Positions 1 to 7,735 of a stretch of 50,219 nucleotides of DNA are shown here, piece by piece. Source of the DNA: Shigella phage phi2457T. Both the position numbers and the translations under genes were made by a program. Below the pieces are notes generated by a model. It had not been told where the DNA came from, made no database searches, and saw nothing but the letters and a program-made list of their open reading frames with translations. The DNA lies in the sequence record MH917278, one strand, 5' to 3'. The stretch's first letter is position 1, and every line of letters starts with the position of its first letter.

Positions 1-101
1 GTTGCATGGTGTGCAACTGTTGATGTGATTTTTGCTTAGAATGCAATGATTGTGAGAGGGAGGATTTAGTGTTACCCGGTTCGCCTGGTGGTCATCTCCA
101 T

Positions 102-120
102 TTTTAGCAAAACGTGCTAT
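102..120 (-). promoter_or_regulatory. conserved intergenic element copy (reverse orientation), ATAGCAC-N5-TTGCTAAAA
   Basis: Plus strand reads ttttagcaaaacgtgctat, reverse complement ATAGCACGTTTTGCTAAAA; matches the consensus repeated throughout the window. Confidence 0.4.
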
Positions 121-206
121 CGATTACACTTTAACTTGTCACGACTGTAATATTTGTCTAGAATCGCACTTGTGACAAAATTACGCACTGTGACGCATCA
201 CAATAG

Positions 207-285
207 ACATATAGATATATGTATATATATAATATATATAGTGTTTTTTTTATTTATATATATAGATAATCATATTGTAATAGTT
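207..285. repeat. AT-rich tract with TATATAGATAAT motif (shared with 30996-31057)
   Basis: Near pure A/T run atatagatatatgtatatatataatatatata...atatatagataatcatattg in noncoding left end. Confidence 0.5.
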
Positions 286-436
286 GTGTATAGCCGTCTT
301 ACATTGTCTAGCGTACTGTTGGCATATTTCTACCTGCATGTTTATATATACAGTACTTTTTTGAGGGCTATATATTTCTATAGTGACTCTAGACAGCTAG
401 ACAAATATTACACGGCTTAAAATTGGCTTGCAGTCG

Positions 437-465
437 TTGACAGCTCTACGTCGCTCTGTCACAAT
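437..465 (+). promoter_or_regulatory. candidate sigma70-type promoter upstream of first ORF
   Basis: Perfect TTGACA at 437-442, 17-bp spacer, TGtCACAAT extended -10-like at 457-465; by eye only. Confidence 0.35.
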
Positions 466-523
466 GGCAATTGTTGACATGTTATGACACCATTTACACA
501 CCAATAGACAAAGAGGGCACATT

Positions 524-1039
524 ATGAGCAATACCAATCAGGAATTAAAAATCACCGATATGATTCGACTAACCTGCGATGTAATGTACCGCGACAAAGG
601 TATGACCGAGTTCTCTTTCGTTGCTGATGATATGGCCATCGAGGCCGCGCGATTCTACTTCCGGGGCCAGGAGGTAAGCGATGCCGATCTTGAATCTGCC
701 GCTGCCGGATGGGTGGACCAGAACCAGGGGGAGGTAGAGAAGAGATTCAAGTCCGCTTTCATTACTCCGATCATTACCCGGCACTTTTGCAAGTACGGCA
801 AGGTGGCAAAGGTGAAGGTGGGCCGGAATGACGCCGCAATCACAATGATAACCGTTATCGTTACAGACGAAGAGGTTCCGGTTAAGAAGCGCCGTAGCCG
901 GAAAAAAGTTAGCCTGGCAGACTGCCTGGATTCGTTTGATGTTGATGTTATCAAGCTATCCGATAGCGAGTTAATGGTTCGTGATGTGAATGAGATCGTG
1001 CGACAGATGAAAGCACATATTGAAAAGTGTGGACTGTAA
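524..1039 (+). CDS. hypothetical protein (171 aa)
   Basis: ORF track; ATG preceded by aagaggg SD; first ORF after noncoding leader. Confidence 0.5.
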   Translation: MSNTNQELKITDMIRLTCDVMYRDKGMTEFSFVADDMAIEAARFYFRGQEVSDADLESAAAGWVDQNQGEVEKRFKSAFITPIITRHFCKYGKVAKVKVGRNDAAITMITVIVTDEEVPVKKRRSRKKVSLADCLDSFDVDVIKLSDSELMVRDVNEIVRQMKAHIEKCGL

Positions 1040-1053
1040 CGCCGATAGGTGAA

Positions 1054-1071
1054 ATAGCACTTTTTGTTAAA
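1054..1071 (+). promoter_or_regulatory. conserved intergenic element copy
   Basis: atagcactttttgttaaa immediately after stop of 524..1039. Confidence 0.45.
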
Positions 1072-1129
1072 GCCCGGTCGAGCGGATCGGGTATTATCTT
1101 CTCATCGACACGATACAGAGGAATCGAAG

Positions 1130-1324
1130 ATGGAAACGCAAATTGACGTAGTGGTTGTTCAGCGCGACTCAACTCATGAAAAGGGTCTGTTCAAGAAAGG
1201 AACCGAAATCACGATCGACATTGAGGATATGGTTGCATATCACTCGGGCCTTACCTGGAACGTGGTGCGCGTAGGCAGCGACTACAAACTCAAAGGCTTT
1301 AACACTTACTTTGCAGAGGTTTAA
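1130..1324 (+). CDS. hypothetical protein (64 aa)
   Basis: Internal ATG of ORF 1064..1324 (METQIDVV) preceded by gaggaatcgaag SD; upstream part of the ORF overlaps the conserved element. Confidence 0.45.
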   Translation: METQIDVVVVQRDSTHEKGLFKKGTEITIDIEDMVAYHSGLTWNVVRVGSDYKLKGFNTYFAEV

Positions 1325-1326
1325 TC

Positions 1327-1797
1327 ATGGCGACAATTACCGTATTTCTTGCTAAAGATGAGATTGATGGCGAAATGTCATTCTTCGCGTTTGAGCACAA
1401 GACCGGATCGCACTGGCATATGTACAGCCACTACACGGTCATCGATATCAACTCATACCGCGCAAACTCACTTACTGAAAAGCTGGGTTGCTTCATTGGA
1501 GCTATCAAGGTGAACAATGGCTGCGAGTGGGCAGATGAGCACGAAGATCGCCGCATGTGCAATATGATTAACCCGGTCTATCTTGAGTCGTTCGATCTTG
1601 ATGCTGATGTGGCTATTAAGGTGAGAAAGTCGGGTGAGTTGTTGCCAGGGATGCGTGTGCTGACTGGTTACTCGGGCCGTAAGGTGTGGCGCACTGTATC
1701 CAAGATTCGCCAGCGTTCGGCAACATGCTATAGCGTGTTCTTTGATGACGGCTGGAATGAGGTTGCTGGTAGTAACGTGAAGTATCTTACCAAATAG
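1327..1797 (+). CDS. hypothetical protein (156 aa)
   Basis: ORF track; SD gagg upstream; stop codon TAG lies inside the conserved element at 1794. Confidence 0.5.
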   Translation: MATITVFLAKDEIDGEMSFFAFEHKTGSHWHMYSHYTVIDINSYRANSLTEKLGCFIGAIKVNNGCEWADEHEDRRMCNMINPVYLESFDLDADVAIKVRKSGELLPGMRVLTGYSGRKVWRTVSKIRQRSATCYSVFFDDGWNEVAGSNVKYLTK

Positions 1798-1813
1798 CAC
1801 GAATTGTTAAAAC
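1794..1813 (+). promoter_or_regulatory. conserved intergenic element copy
   Basis: atagcacgaattgttaaaac; followed by hairpin ggggta/tacccc with ctatagt in the loop, then leader catcaaaacgagatacc and SD. Confidence 0.5.
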
Positions 1814-1875
1814 AGGATCGGGGTATCTTGCTATAGTTACCCCATCAAAACGAGATACCAACCAGAGGATTCACC

Positions 1876-2106
1876 ATGTCAATCATCAAGAACCAACAAG
1901 CCATCGACTCGACCAGCCACAACTGCTTTGCTATTTTCATCACTCGCGACAACAAGCGATTTGCTGTCAGGGCGGTACCGGGTGGGTACAAAACATACAT
2001 GGAAAATAACGGAAAGTGGGTGCGCTGCGAAAACCTTGCAAACTTCTTGGTATGGAATGGCGAGTTTCAAGGTCGTGATGATATCAGCACTTTAATTGAG
2101 GAATAA
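1876..2106 (+). CDS. hypothetical protein (76 aa)
   Basis: ORF track; SD agagga 8 nt upstream. Confidence 0.5.
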   Translation: MSIIKNQQAIDSTSHNCFAIFITRDNKRFAVRAVPGGYKTYMENNGKWVRCENLANFLVWNGEFQGRDDISTLIEE

Positions 2107-2112
2107 ATAATC

Positions 2113-2340
2113 ATGCCACGTTACAGTAACCTAACCAAACTAGTCCGCGTAAACGGGCACATGATCCCGGCAAAATCTACTCACTGCGCGAAAGGCGCAA
2201 AGCACGGATTATATTTCAAGTGGCGCGGTCAATGGAACTTCACGGCGGTGAGTAATTTTTACATGCGCGTGCCTGGAGACGATCCGCAATCAGTAGTAGA
2301 AAACTCAATCGGTGACAACAAGATCGAGGTACTAAAATGA
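2113..2340 (+). CDS. hypothetical protein (75 aa)
   Basis: ORF track; SD gagga upstream. Confidence 0.45.
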   Translation: MPRYSNLTKLVRVNGHMIPAKSTHCAKGAKHGLYFKWRGQWNFTAVSNFYMRVPGDDPQSVVENSIGDNKIEVLK

Positions 2341-2443
2341 ACTTCAATACAATAGCTCTATGGTCTGCCGTCTGGTTCTTCTGCATGGGTCACGTCATGG
2401 TCGGTATCGTGGTAATGCTTCTCCTGTGTGCGGGAGCGTTCGA

Positions 2444-2617
2444 ATGATGCGCATTCTGATTTGCATGATGGCGGCGGTCGCCCTGGCTATCCTGGTAGTG
2501 TCCGGCTGTGGCGAGGTCAAAGAGCGATGCCATGAAACCGGGAACCAGGTTACTACTTTCGTGATGGTTGGCAACGTATTGCTACCAATCACATCAAATG
2601 AAATTACTTGCGAATAG
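2444..2617 (+). CDS. putative small lipoprotein (57 aa)
   Basis: Internal ATG of ORF 2360..2617 preceded by gggag; N-terminus MMRILICMMAAVALAILVVSGC has signal peptide plus lipobox-like LVVSGC. Confidence 0.35.
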   Translation: MMRILICMMAAVALAILVVSGCGEVKERCHETGNQVTTFVMVGNVLLPITSNEITCE

Positions 2618-2626
2618 GATTTAACA

Positions 2627-2818
2627 ATGGCTGATTTTATGCACCAAATGATTGCAGTATTCAAAGGTAGCGAAGATGAGGAAGTAAAGGAATGCTTTAC
2701 CTTCAACAAGTCTTATAGCGCGTCGCTAACCAGCTTCGGGAACATCTCATTGCTTGATGATAATGGCGACCCCTGGATATTCGACGAAGATACTGATTGC
2801 TTCGAAATTAAAGAATAG
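2627..2818 (+). CDS. hypothetical acidic protein (63 aa)
   Basis: ORF track; stop TAG lies in the conserved element at 2815. Confidence 0.45.
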   Translation: MADFMHQMIAVFKGSEDEEVKECFTFNKSYSASLTSFGNISLLDDNGDPWIFDEDTDCFEIKE

Positions 2819-2834
2819 CACTTTTTGTTAAAAC
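2815..2834 (+). promoter_or_regulatory. conserved intergenic element copy
   Basis: atagcactttttgttaaaac, hairpin ggggtt/aacccc with gatatagt in loop. Confidence 0.5.
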
Positions 2835-2888
2835 TCAATTCCGGGGTTGCGATATAGTAACCCCATCGATAACGAACGAGGATTTATC

Positions 2889-3095
2889 ATGAAACTGCGG
2901 TGCATTGAATCAAATCAAATTAACTACTCAGAAGGCTTCGAATATGTCGCTCAAATCGATAGCTTTACAAACAAAAGCGGAGAGGTTATTGATGTGGTTC
3001 ATGGAGTGTATACGTGGTTCTACTTTGACAAGAAAGCTCTAACAGCAACTAAGCGCAATGGCGATGTGGTGGCTAAATTTAAACGTGAACAATGA
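2889..3095 (+). CDS. hypothetical protein, member of small paralogous family (KC(I/V)...G.IY motif)
   Basis: Internal ATG (MKLRCIESNQ) with SD gagga; N-terminal motif shared with ORFs 3107, 4856, 8516, 42579, 46453. Confidence 0.45.
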   Translation: MKLRCIESNQINYSEGFEYVAQIDSFTNKSGEVIDVVHGVYTWFYFDKKALTATKRNGDVVAKFKREQ

Positions 3096-3106
3096 GGATT
3101 GAAATC

Positions 3107-3595
3107 ATGAAAATTAAATTACTTTGCACTGGCGGTTACAAGGGCTTTACTCGCGACCTGGAATCTGACCCTATTATCGTTGACGCCGTGAAGTGCAATG
3201 ATAGCATTGGCGGCTACCGCGTCAAAGTCGATGACCTGGTTAAAGCTGGCGTGTACGATCTCAATTGCGGCCTATCGGTTAGTCCGGTATTTGGCCCGGC
3301 TGACTTCAACGAGAAGGACGGAACTATGTTCTTTTTCGATTGGGAAGTGCGGGCAAACATCAAGCCTCGCAAGGTTCGACTTCTCAACAATGGCGGTTAT
3401 CCTATGCTACCAGGTTATGAGAATCGCACATTCCCGGTTATTGTTGACTTTGAAGAAATAACCACACACTTAGCTTATATCAACGGTGAACAGCTTCATG
3501 CTGTTGGATTCGTGGGAGGTATGAATCAAGAGGCGCTGTGCTTCTTCCATCGCGAATCAGAGCCGTTCGATATTGAGTGTGAGCTAGTCTACTAA
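3107..3595 (+). CDS. hypothetical protein (162 aa)
   Basis: ATG with SD gagga 8 nt upstream; N-terminus MKIKLLCTGGYKGF resembles the paralogous family. Confidence 0.5.
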   Translation: MKIKLLCTGGYKGFTRDLESDPIIVDAVKCNDSIGGYRVKVDDLVKAGVYDLNCGLSVSPVFGPADFNEKDGTMFFFDWEVRANIKPRKVRLLNNGGYPMLPGYENRTFPVIVDFEEITTHLAYINGEQLHAVGFVGGMNQEALCFFHRESEPFDIECELVY

Positions 3596-3611
3596 GCACG
3601 AATTGTTAAAA
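3594..3611 (+). promoter_or_regulatory. conserved intergenic element copy
   Basis: aagcacgaattgttaaaa, hairpin ggggatt/aatcccc. Confidence 0.45.
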
Positions 3612-3660
3612 GGGGATTCGTCCTGACTGGTACAATCCCCACATCGACCACCAAGAGGAA

Positions 3661-4152
3661 ATGATTATGTTGAAATTAAACGAGATTAAATTCCCTGTAG
3701 TTTTTAACACCATTAGCTGCGGTAAAATAACCTGCCACAGCAAAGATCGTGCAACTGATTCGTCATTCAATGAGTGTCACCCGTCGATTGTTGGTAATCT
3801 CATTGAGCTTCATAACAATCACAATCCTGATAACATCCCATCTCTTCCATATTATGTTGAGAGTGCCGGGCCTGGTTGGAAAGTTGGTCGGGCCATCTTT
3901 CATGAATCAAAGCCAGAAATCAAGCCATCGCTACAGTGCACTCAGATCGAGAATATGCCACTTAGCGCAACGCTAAAAGGTGTCCAGATTAGCAGCGATT
4001 CTTGGGTTGAGATTACCGCGACACCAAAAACTATTGAGGTGCACGACGATATCATCACGCTTCTATTGCATCACGGCGGCTTCAAGAACAAGACGGTATC
4101 AGGTGAAATCAGCATTAAGCGCGGAACGCTTGTCCGCTATGAGGTGAAATAA
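3661..4152 (+). CDS. hypothetical protein (163 aa)
   Basis: ORF track; SD aagagga upstream. Confidence 0.5.
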   Translation: MIMLKLNEIKFPVVFNTISCGKITCHSKDRATDSSFNECHPSIVGNLIELHNNHNPDNIPSLPYYVESAGPGWKVGRAIFHESKPEIKPSLQCTQIENMPLSATLKGVQISSDSWVEITATPKTIEVHDDIITLLLHHGGFKNKTVSGEISIKRGTLVRYEVK

Positions 4153-4301
4153 TGGCTGCATGGGTATTGATTATCTTGATGAGCACCGGGCCGGATCACG
4201 TATACATGGAAAGTCAGCAAGCATGTAACAAGGCTCGGGAAGTGATTGCAGAAAACAAGCCGTTCGGATACGAAGTAAAAACAATGTGTGTTAAACGATA
4301 G
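4152..4301 (+). CDS. putative small membrane protein (49 aa)
   Basis: ATG overlaps previous stop (ATAATGG); hydrophobic N-terminus MAAWVLIILMS; stop TAG is the TAG of the conserved element at 4298, as for neighbouring genes. Confidence 0.3.
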   Translation: MAAWVLIILMSTGPDHVYMESQQACNKAREVIAENKPFGYEVKTMCVKR

Positions 4302-4316
4302 CACGAATTGCTAAAC
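4298..4316 (+). promoter_or_regulatory. conserved intergenic element copy
   Basis: atagcacgaattgctaaac, hairpin aaggcca/tggcctt with gatatagt in loop. Confidence 0.5.
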
Positions 4317-4381
4317 CTTCCGCAAGGCCATTTGATATAGTGGCCTTATTGAAGCACGGCAACCAATCAGAGGAATCAGCT

Positions 4382-4588
4382 ATGGCTACACGACTCACGC
4401 AGTGGCAGATTTACGACAAGGCTTCACGCCTTCGTGAATCACTTCGAGGTCTGACACCGAACGATCGCATAGAAATCATCGGTCATGCATTGCACGAACT
4501 AACGCCGCATGACGTAACCTATCATTCTTGCGGCAATAAATTTTGGAACGTAACATTCGAGGTGAAGGAAGATGAGCAAAACTCATAA
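4382..4588 (+). CDS. hypothetical protein (68 aa)
   Basis: Internal ATG (MATRLTQ) preceded by conserved leader aaccaatcagaggaatcagct. Confidence 0.45.
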   Translation: MATRLTQWQIYDKASRLRESLRGLTPNDRIEIIGHALHELTPHDVTYHSCGNKFWNVTFEVKEDEQNS

Positions 4589-4859
4589 ATTAAAAATCGC
4601 CACGGTACATTTCATTGGGGTAATGAACGGAACAAAAACGGCAGAGTTCCGCATCAATGACCGCAACTTCCAGCCTGGAGATATCCTGGAGCTATGCGAG
4701 TTCGATCGTGACGAGTTTACCGGGTGGGAAGTTCACGCCAGGGTGTCCGATGTTACAGACGTGACGCCATACATCAATCGCGGGTATGACGATCAGGAAT
4801 GCGACTTCACGCAATACGTGATGTTATCAATCAAACCTTACAGGAAGGTTAGACCATGA
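4572..4859 (+). CDS. hypothetical protein (95 aa)
   Basis: ORF track; SD gaagga; overlaps neighbours by a few nt (translational coupling). Confidence 0.45.
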   Translation: MSKTHKLKIATVHFIGVMNGTKTAEFRINDRNFQPGDILELCEFDRDEFTGWEVHARVSDVTDVTPYINRGYDDQECDFTQYVMLSIKPYRKVRP

Positions 4860-5494
4860 AATTTGAATGCGTATCAAGTGACGGAACGGGATTTAAGTGG
4901 GGAAAAATCTACGAAGGCGCTCGCGTCAATAACGACAGCTTCGTTGTCGTGGATGAGCACGGTAGCAATGTGAACATCATCCGTCGTCACGAATACCAAG
5001 AAATTTTCCTGCCGTATGGCGGTAGTTCAAAATATATCTTCCATCGAATCGTGGATGGTGTTAAATTTAACGACGTAATCGAAGCAATCAACCAACTGCA
5101 TAATAAAGAGGTAAAATTTATGAAATTCGAATGTATCAGTGATAACACCAAAAAATTTACCGTCGGCAAAATTTACGACGTTCCCTCTGAGCACGCTAAG
5201 CACACGGCTGTAATTACCGACGACACGGGCCGCAACCGCATTGCAACCGTAACTCACAACGGCGAGGGTCTTCGCTGGAATAGCGGCGGCACTAAGTTTG
5301 CAACGTTCGGCAAGAAGCGCAAGCGCACTTTTTGCGTAAATGGCAAGGTTACAGCAAACAAGATCCACAACGTCAAGCCATCGGAAGTTGATCGTAAGCC
5401 AGCGACGAAGTTTGAAGAGAAAGCAGATTTGTCTGGTCTGGCTATCGCTCTTGTTCTCCTGGTCGCTTCTATTTCGCTGATGTTCATCATGTAA
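4856..5494 (+). CDS. membrane-anchored protein with internal tandem duplication of the paralogous small domain
   Basis: MKFECVSSDGTGFKWGKIYEG... repeated as MKFECISDNTKKFTVGKIYDV...; C-terminal hydrophobic segment LAIALVLLVASISLMFIM. Confidence 0.5.
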   Translation: MKFECVSSDGTGFKWGKIYEGARVNNDSFVVVDEHGSNVNIIRRHEYQEIFLPYGGSSKYIFHRIVDGVKFNDVIEAINQLHNKEVKFMKFECISDNTKKFTVGKIYDVPSEHAKHTAVITDDTGRNRIATVTHNGEGLRWNSGGTKFATFGKKRKRTFCVNGKVTANKIHNVKPSEVDRKPATKFEEKADLSGLAIALVLLVASISLMFIM

Positions 5495-5642
5495 TGTTAA
5501 CGGGGAATCGGCTCTGAACGGTTCCCCTTTCTTTTGGAGAAAATTCTATGCCAGACTTTGATAACTGGAAAAACGAGCCGCCATCATTTCAGGAGTTGCT
5601 ATTCTGCCTCCTGGTTCTGACAATATCTCTTAAGGGTGTTTT

Positions 5643-5861
5643 ATGGCTACTATCATGACAGCGGAAGATGCAGCGCGTGACGCAGTGGAAGGGATGCGCC
5701 CAAATACCTCCAGAATCGCACACTACTACAATTTTGACGTGTCGGCAGTGCAGCTGGTCCATGAAATTTTAAGGCTTCCACAAGTCGATTCAGCGCGACT
5801 GGTGACGTGCTTAAAAAATTATTTTTGCATCACTATTAAAACGAATAGCACGAATTGCTAA
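5643..5861 (+). CDS. hypothetical protein (72 aa)
   Basis: ORF track; weak SD; 3' end overlaps the conserved element. Confidence 0.35.
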   Translation: MATIMTAEDAARDAVEGMRPNTSRIAHYYNFDVSAVQLVHEILRLPQVDSARLVTCLKNYFCITIKTNSTNC

Positions 5862-5864
5862 AAC
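5845..5864 (+). promoter_or_regulatory. conserved intergenic element copy
   Basis: atagcacgaattgctaaaac, hairpin ggggaat/attcccc. Confidence 0.5.
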
Positions 5865-5918
5865 CTATCAAGGGGAATGCGCTATGATTCCCCTACACCA
5901 ACGAACGAGGGAACACTC

Positions 5919-6365
5919 ATGAAACATTTGATTTGCATTGATACACCTAACAATGAACACACCCTGCACGGCATTGGAATGTTCAAAGGCCACTACATGA
6001 CAGCAAGCATTTATGATGCGCATCGAGGCGATGGCGATCTAATGATTACTTCAAAAGAAGTTAATCCGTACATCATGCAGAATCTCGGGAACAATGAGTA
6101 TATGGCTTACGGCTGCAACGCGGTGTACAAGCATATCAAGATCCGCAAGCGCGTAGTTCGCGCATTCAAGAAGATTGCAATTAAATACTGGAAGATGAGC
6201 AAGAAGGACGCCGGAACATGGGCGCGTAACGTTGCTGATTCATACTTCTATCGTAACGGTGAGTCGTGCTACTTTTTGATCGATGATATTCATGACAATT
6301 ACGGCGGCTCATTCAGTCAGGAAGAGTTTGATAGCTGGGCTGAATACGAGATCAGTTGCTGGTAA
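5919..6365 (+). CDS. hypothetical protein (148 aa)
   Basis: Internal ATG (MKHLICID) after leader acgaacgagggaacactc. Confidence 0.5.
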   Translation: MKHLICIDTPNNEHTLHGIGMFKGHYMTASIYDAHRGDGDLMITSKEVNPYIMQNLGNNEYMAYGCNAVYKHIKIRKRVVRAFKKIAIKYWKMSKKDAGTWARNVADSYFYRNGESCYFLIDDIHDNYGGSFSQEEFDSWAEYEISCW

Positions 6366-6384
6366 TAGCACTAATTGCTAAAAC
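6365..6384 (+). promoter_or_regulatory. conserved intergenic element copy
   Basis: atagcactaattgctaaaac, hairpin aagggcat/atgccctt with gatagaa loop. Confidence 0.5.
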
Positions 6385-6448
6385 TTGCTCAAGGGCATTT
6401 GATAGAATGCCCTTCGTTGAGTTAAGCAACCAATCATAGGAATAAATC

Positions 6449-6982
6449 ATGGATAAAATTACCATTTGGGGTCAAACTATCAACCTGTTTCTCGGCACGC
6501 GACGCGTGGCAATCTTTGACTTTGACGGAACGCTTAGTGATGGATCAAAGCGCCTTCACCTGTTGCCGACAAAGGATTTGCACTTAACTGAAAGCTGGTC
6601 TGAGTTTAACCGAGCGGCAATATTTGATAACCCAATCCAGAGCACGATTGAGGTTATGAACTCTATGTTTGCTGCCGGGTATCACGTAATAGTTTTAACC
6701 GGGCGAAGTGATGAGGTTCGTTACGCATCTGAGTTATGGCTTAAGCATCACGGTGCGAGATATGATTACTTAGTCATGCGACCGCACACAGACAACAGGA
6801 AAGACACGGTGATGAAAGAAGAAGCGGTGCGAGCGATCGGTATTGAAAACATCCTGGCAGCTTGGGATGACTCACCGCAAATTATTCCATTATTCCGGTC
6901 GCTTGGAATAACAACATATGCGGTAGTTGACTATGGCGATAACATTCACGATCATTTAAAATCGCACGGGGTAGAGAAATGA
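6449..6982 (+). CDS. HAD-superfamily phosphatase-like protein
   Basis: Motif I FDFDGTL, motif II-like VLTGRS, motif IV-like WDDSP; resembles the phosphatase domain of polynucleotide kinase/phosphatase or a nucleotidase. Confidence 0.55.
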   Translation: MDKITIWGQTINLFLGTRRVAIFDFDGTLSDGSKRLHLLPTKDLHLTESWSEFNRAAIFDNPIQSTIEVMNSMFAAGYHVIVLTGRSDEVRYASELWLKHHGARYDYLVMRPHTDNRKDTVMKEEAVRAIGIENILAAWDDSPQIIPLFRSLGITTYAVVDYGDNIHDHLKSHGVEK

Positions 6983-7090
6983 ACCTATACGAATTTATTG
7001 CAGCACATCCGGTATTGACGGTTATCATCCTGCTAATCATCAATCACACCATCATCAATATGGCAAAATTATTTTTAGGGAGATACTAAC

Positions 7091-7663
7091 ATGAAAACAG
7101 CTATCATTTTAAACGGCGCTCCTGGAGCAGGCAAGGACACTATCGGATGCATCCTGGCTGACACTTACGATCATGTAGCTTTGCGCAGCTTCAAAGCACC
7201 AATGTTTGAGATTGCTCGGGCAATCCTGGGTGAGGCTAACTACGAGTATTTCATGTTCTTGTATGGGAACCGTATATACAAAGAAGAGCCAGATTCCATC
7301 CTGAACGGTAAAAGCCCGCGCCAGTTTATGATCTGGATTAGCGAGGAAGTCATTAAGCCACAGTTCGGAAATCGCTTCTTCGGCATGCGAGCGGAAAGCA
7401 AGGTCAAAGAATCAGACTCCCTTTCGGTATTTACTGATGGTGGATTCAAAGATGAGGTATTGCAGATGATTGAAGGTGATATCCAGGTCAAGCTATGCCG
7501 AATCCACCGCAAAGGCTGCAACTTTGACAACGACAGTCGTGATTATATTTACCTGGAAGATATGATCGGGGTTAATGGTTATCAGGAGTGTGATTTCTTC
7601 TCTGTCGAAGGTCATCCAGAAATTACCGCTCAGCACATAGCCGCTACGTTCATCAACAAATAG
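7091..7663 (+). CDS. P-loop nucleotide kinase (dNMP-kinase-like)
   Basis: Walker A GAPGAGKDT at N-terminus; size ~190 aa typical of small NMP/dNMP kinases. Confidence 0.5.
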   Translation: MKTAIILNGAPGAGKDTIGCILADTYDHVALRSFKAPMFEIARAILGEANYEYFMFLYGNRIYKEEPDSILNGKSPRQFMIWISEEVIKPQFGNRFFGMRAESKVKESDSLSVFTDGGFKDEVLQMIEGDIQVKLCRIHRKGCNFDNDSRDYIYLEDMIGVNGYQECDFFSVEGHPEITAQHIAATFINK

Positions 7664-7679
7664 CACGAATTGCTAAAAC
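7660..7679 (+). promoter_or_regulatory. conserved intergenic element copy
   Basis: atagcacgaattgctaaaac with downstream gatatagt. Confidence 0.5.
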
Positions 7680-7735
7680 GTCGGTGGGGTGATTTGATAT
7701 AGTTACCTCATCGACAACGAAGAGAGAAAATCGAA

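Noticed and set aside
569-1172. Minus-strand ORFs 569..784, 655..954 and 951..1172
   Set aside because: They lie antisense to plus-strand gene 524..1039 and its neighbour in a block where all supported genes and regulatory cassettes are plus-oriented; no SD or element upstream on the minus strand.
1794-1813. Reading the conserved element as a sigma54 promoter (TGGCACG-N4-TTGCA)
   Set aside because: It resembles the sigma54 consensus superficially, but the GG dinucleotide is replaced by AG and the spacing between the two halves is 8 nt rather than the obligatory 10.
4308-4341. Reading TTGCTA and TATAGT as a canonical sigma70 -35/-10 pair
   Set aside because: The spacer is consistently 22 nt, well outside the 16-18 nt range. 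Only the TGnTATAGT part is promoter-like.
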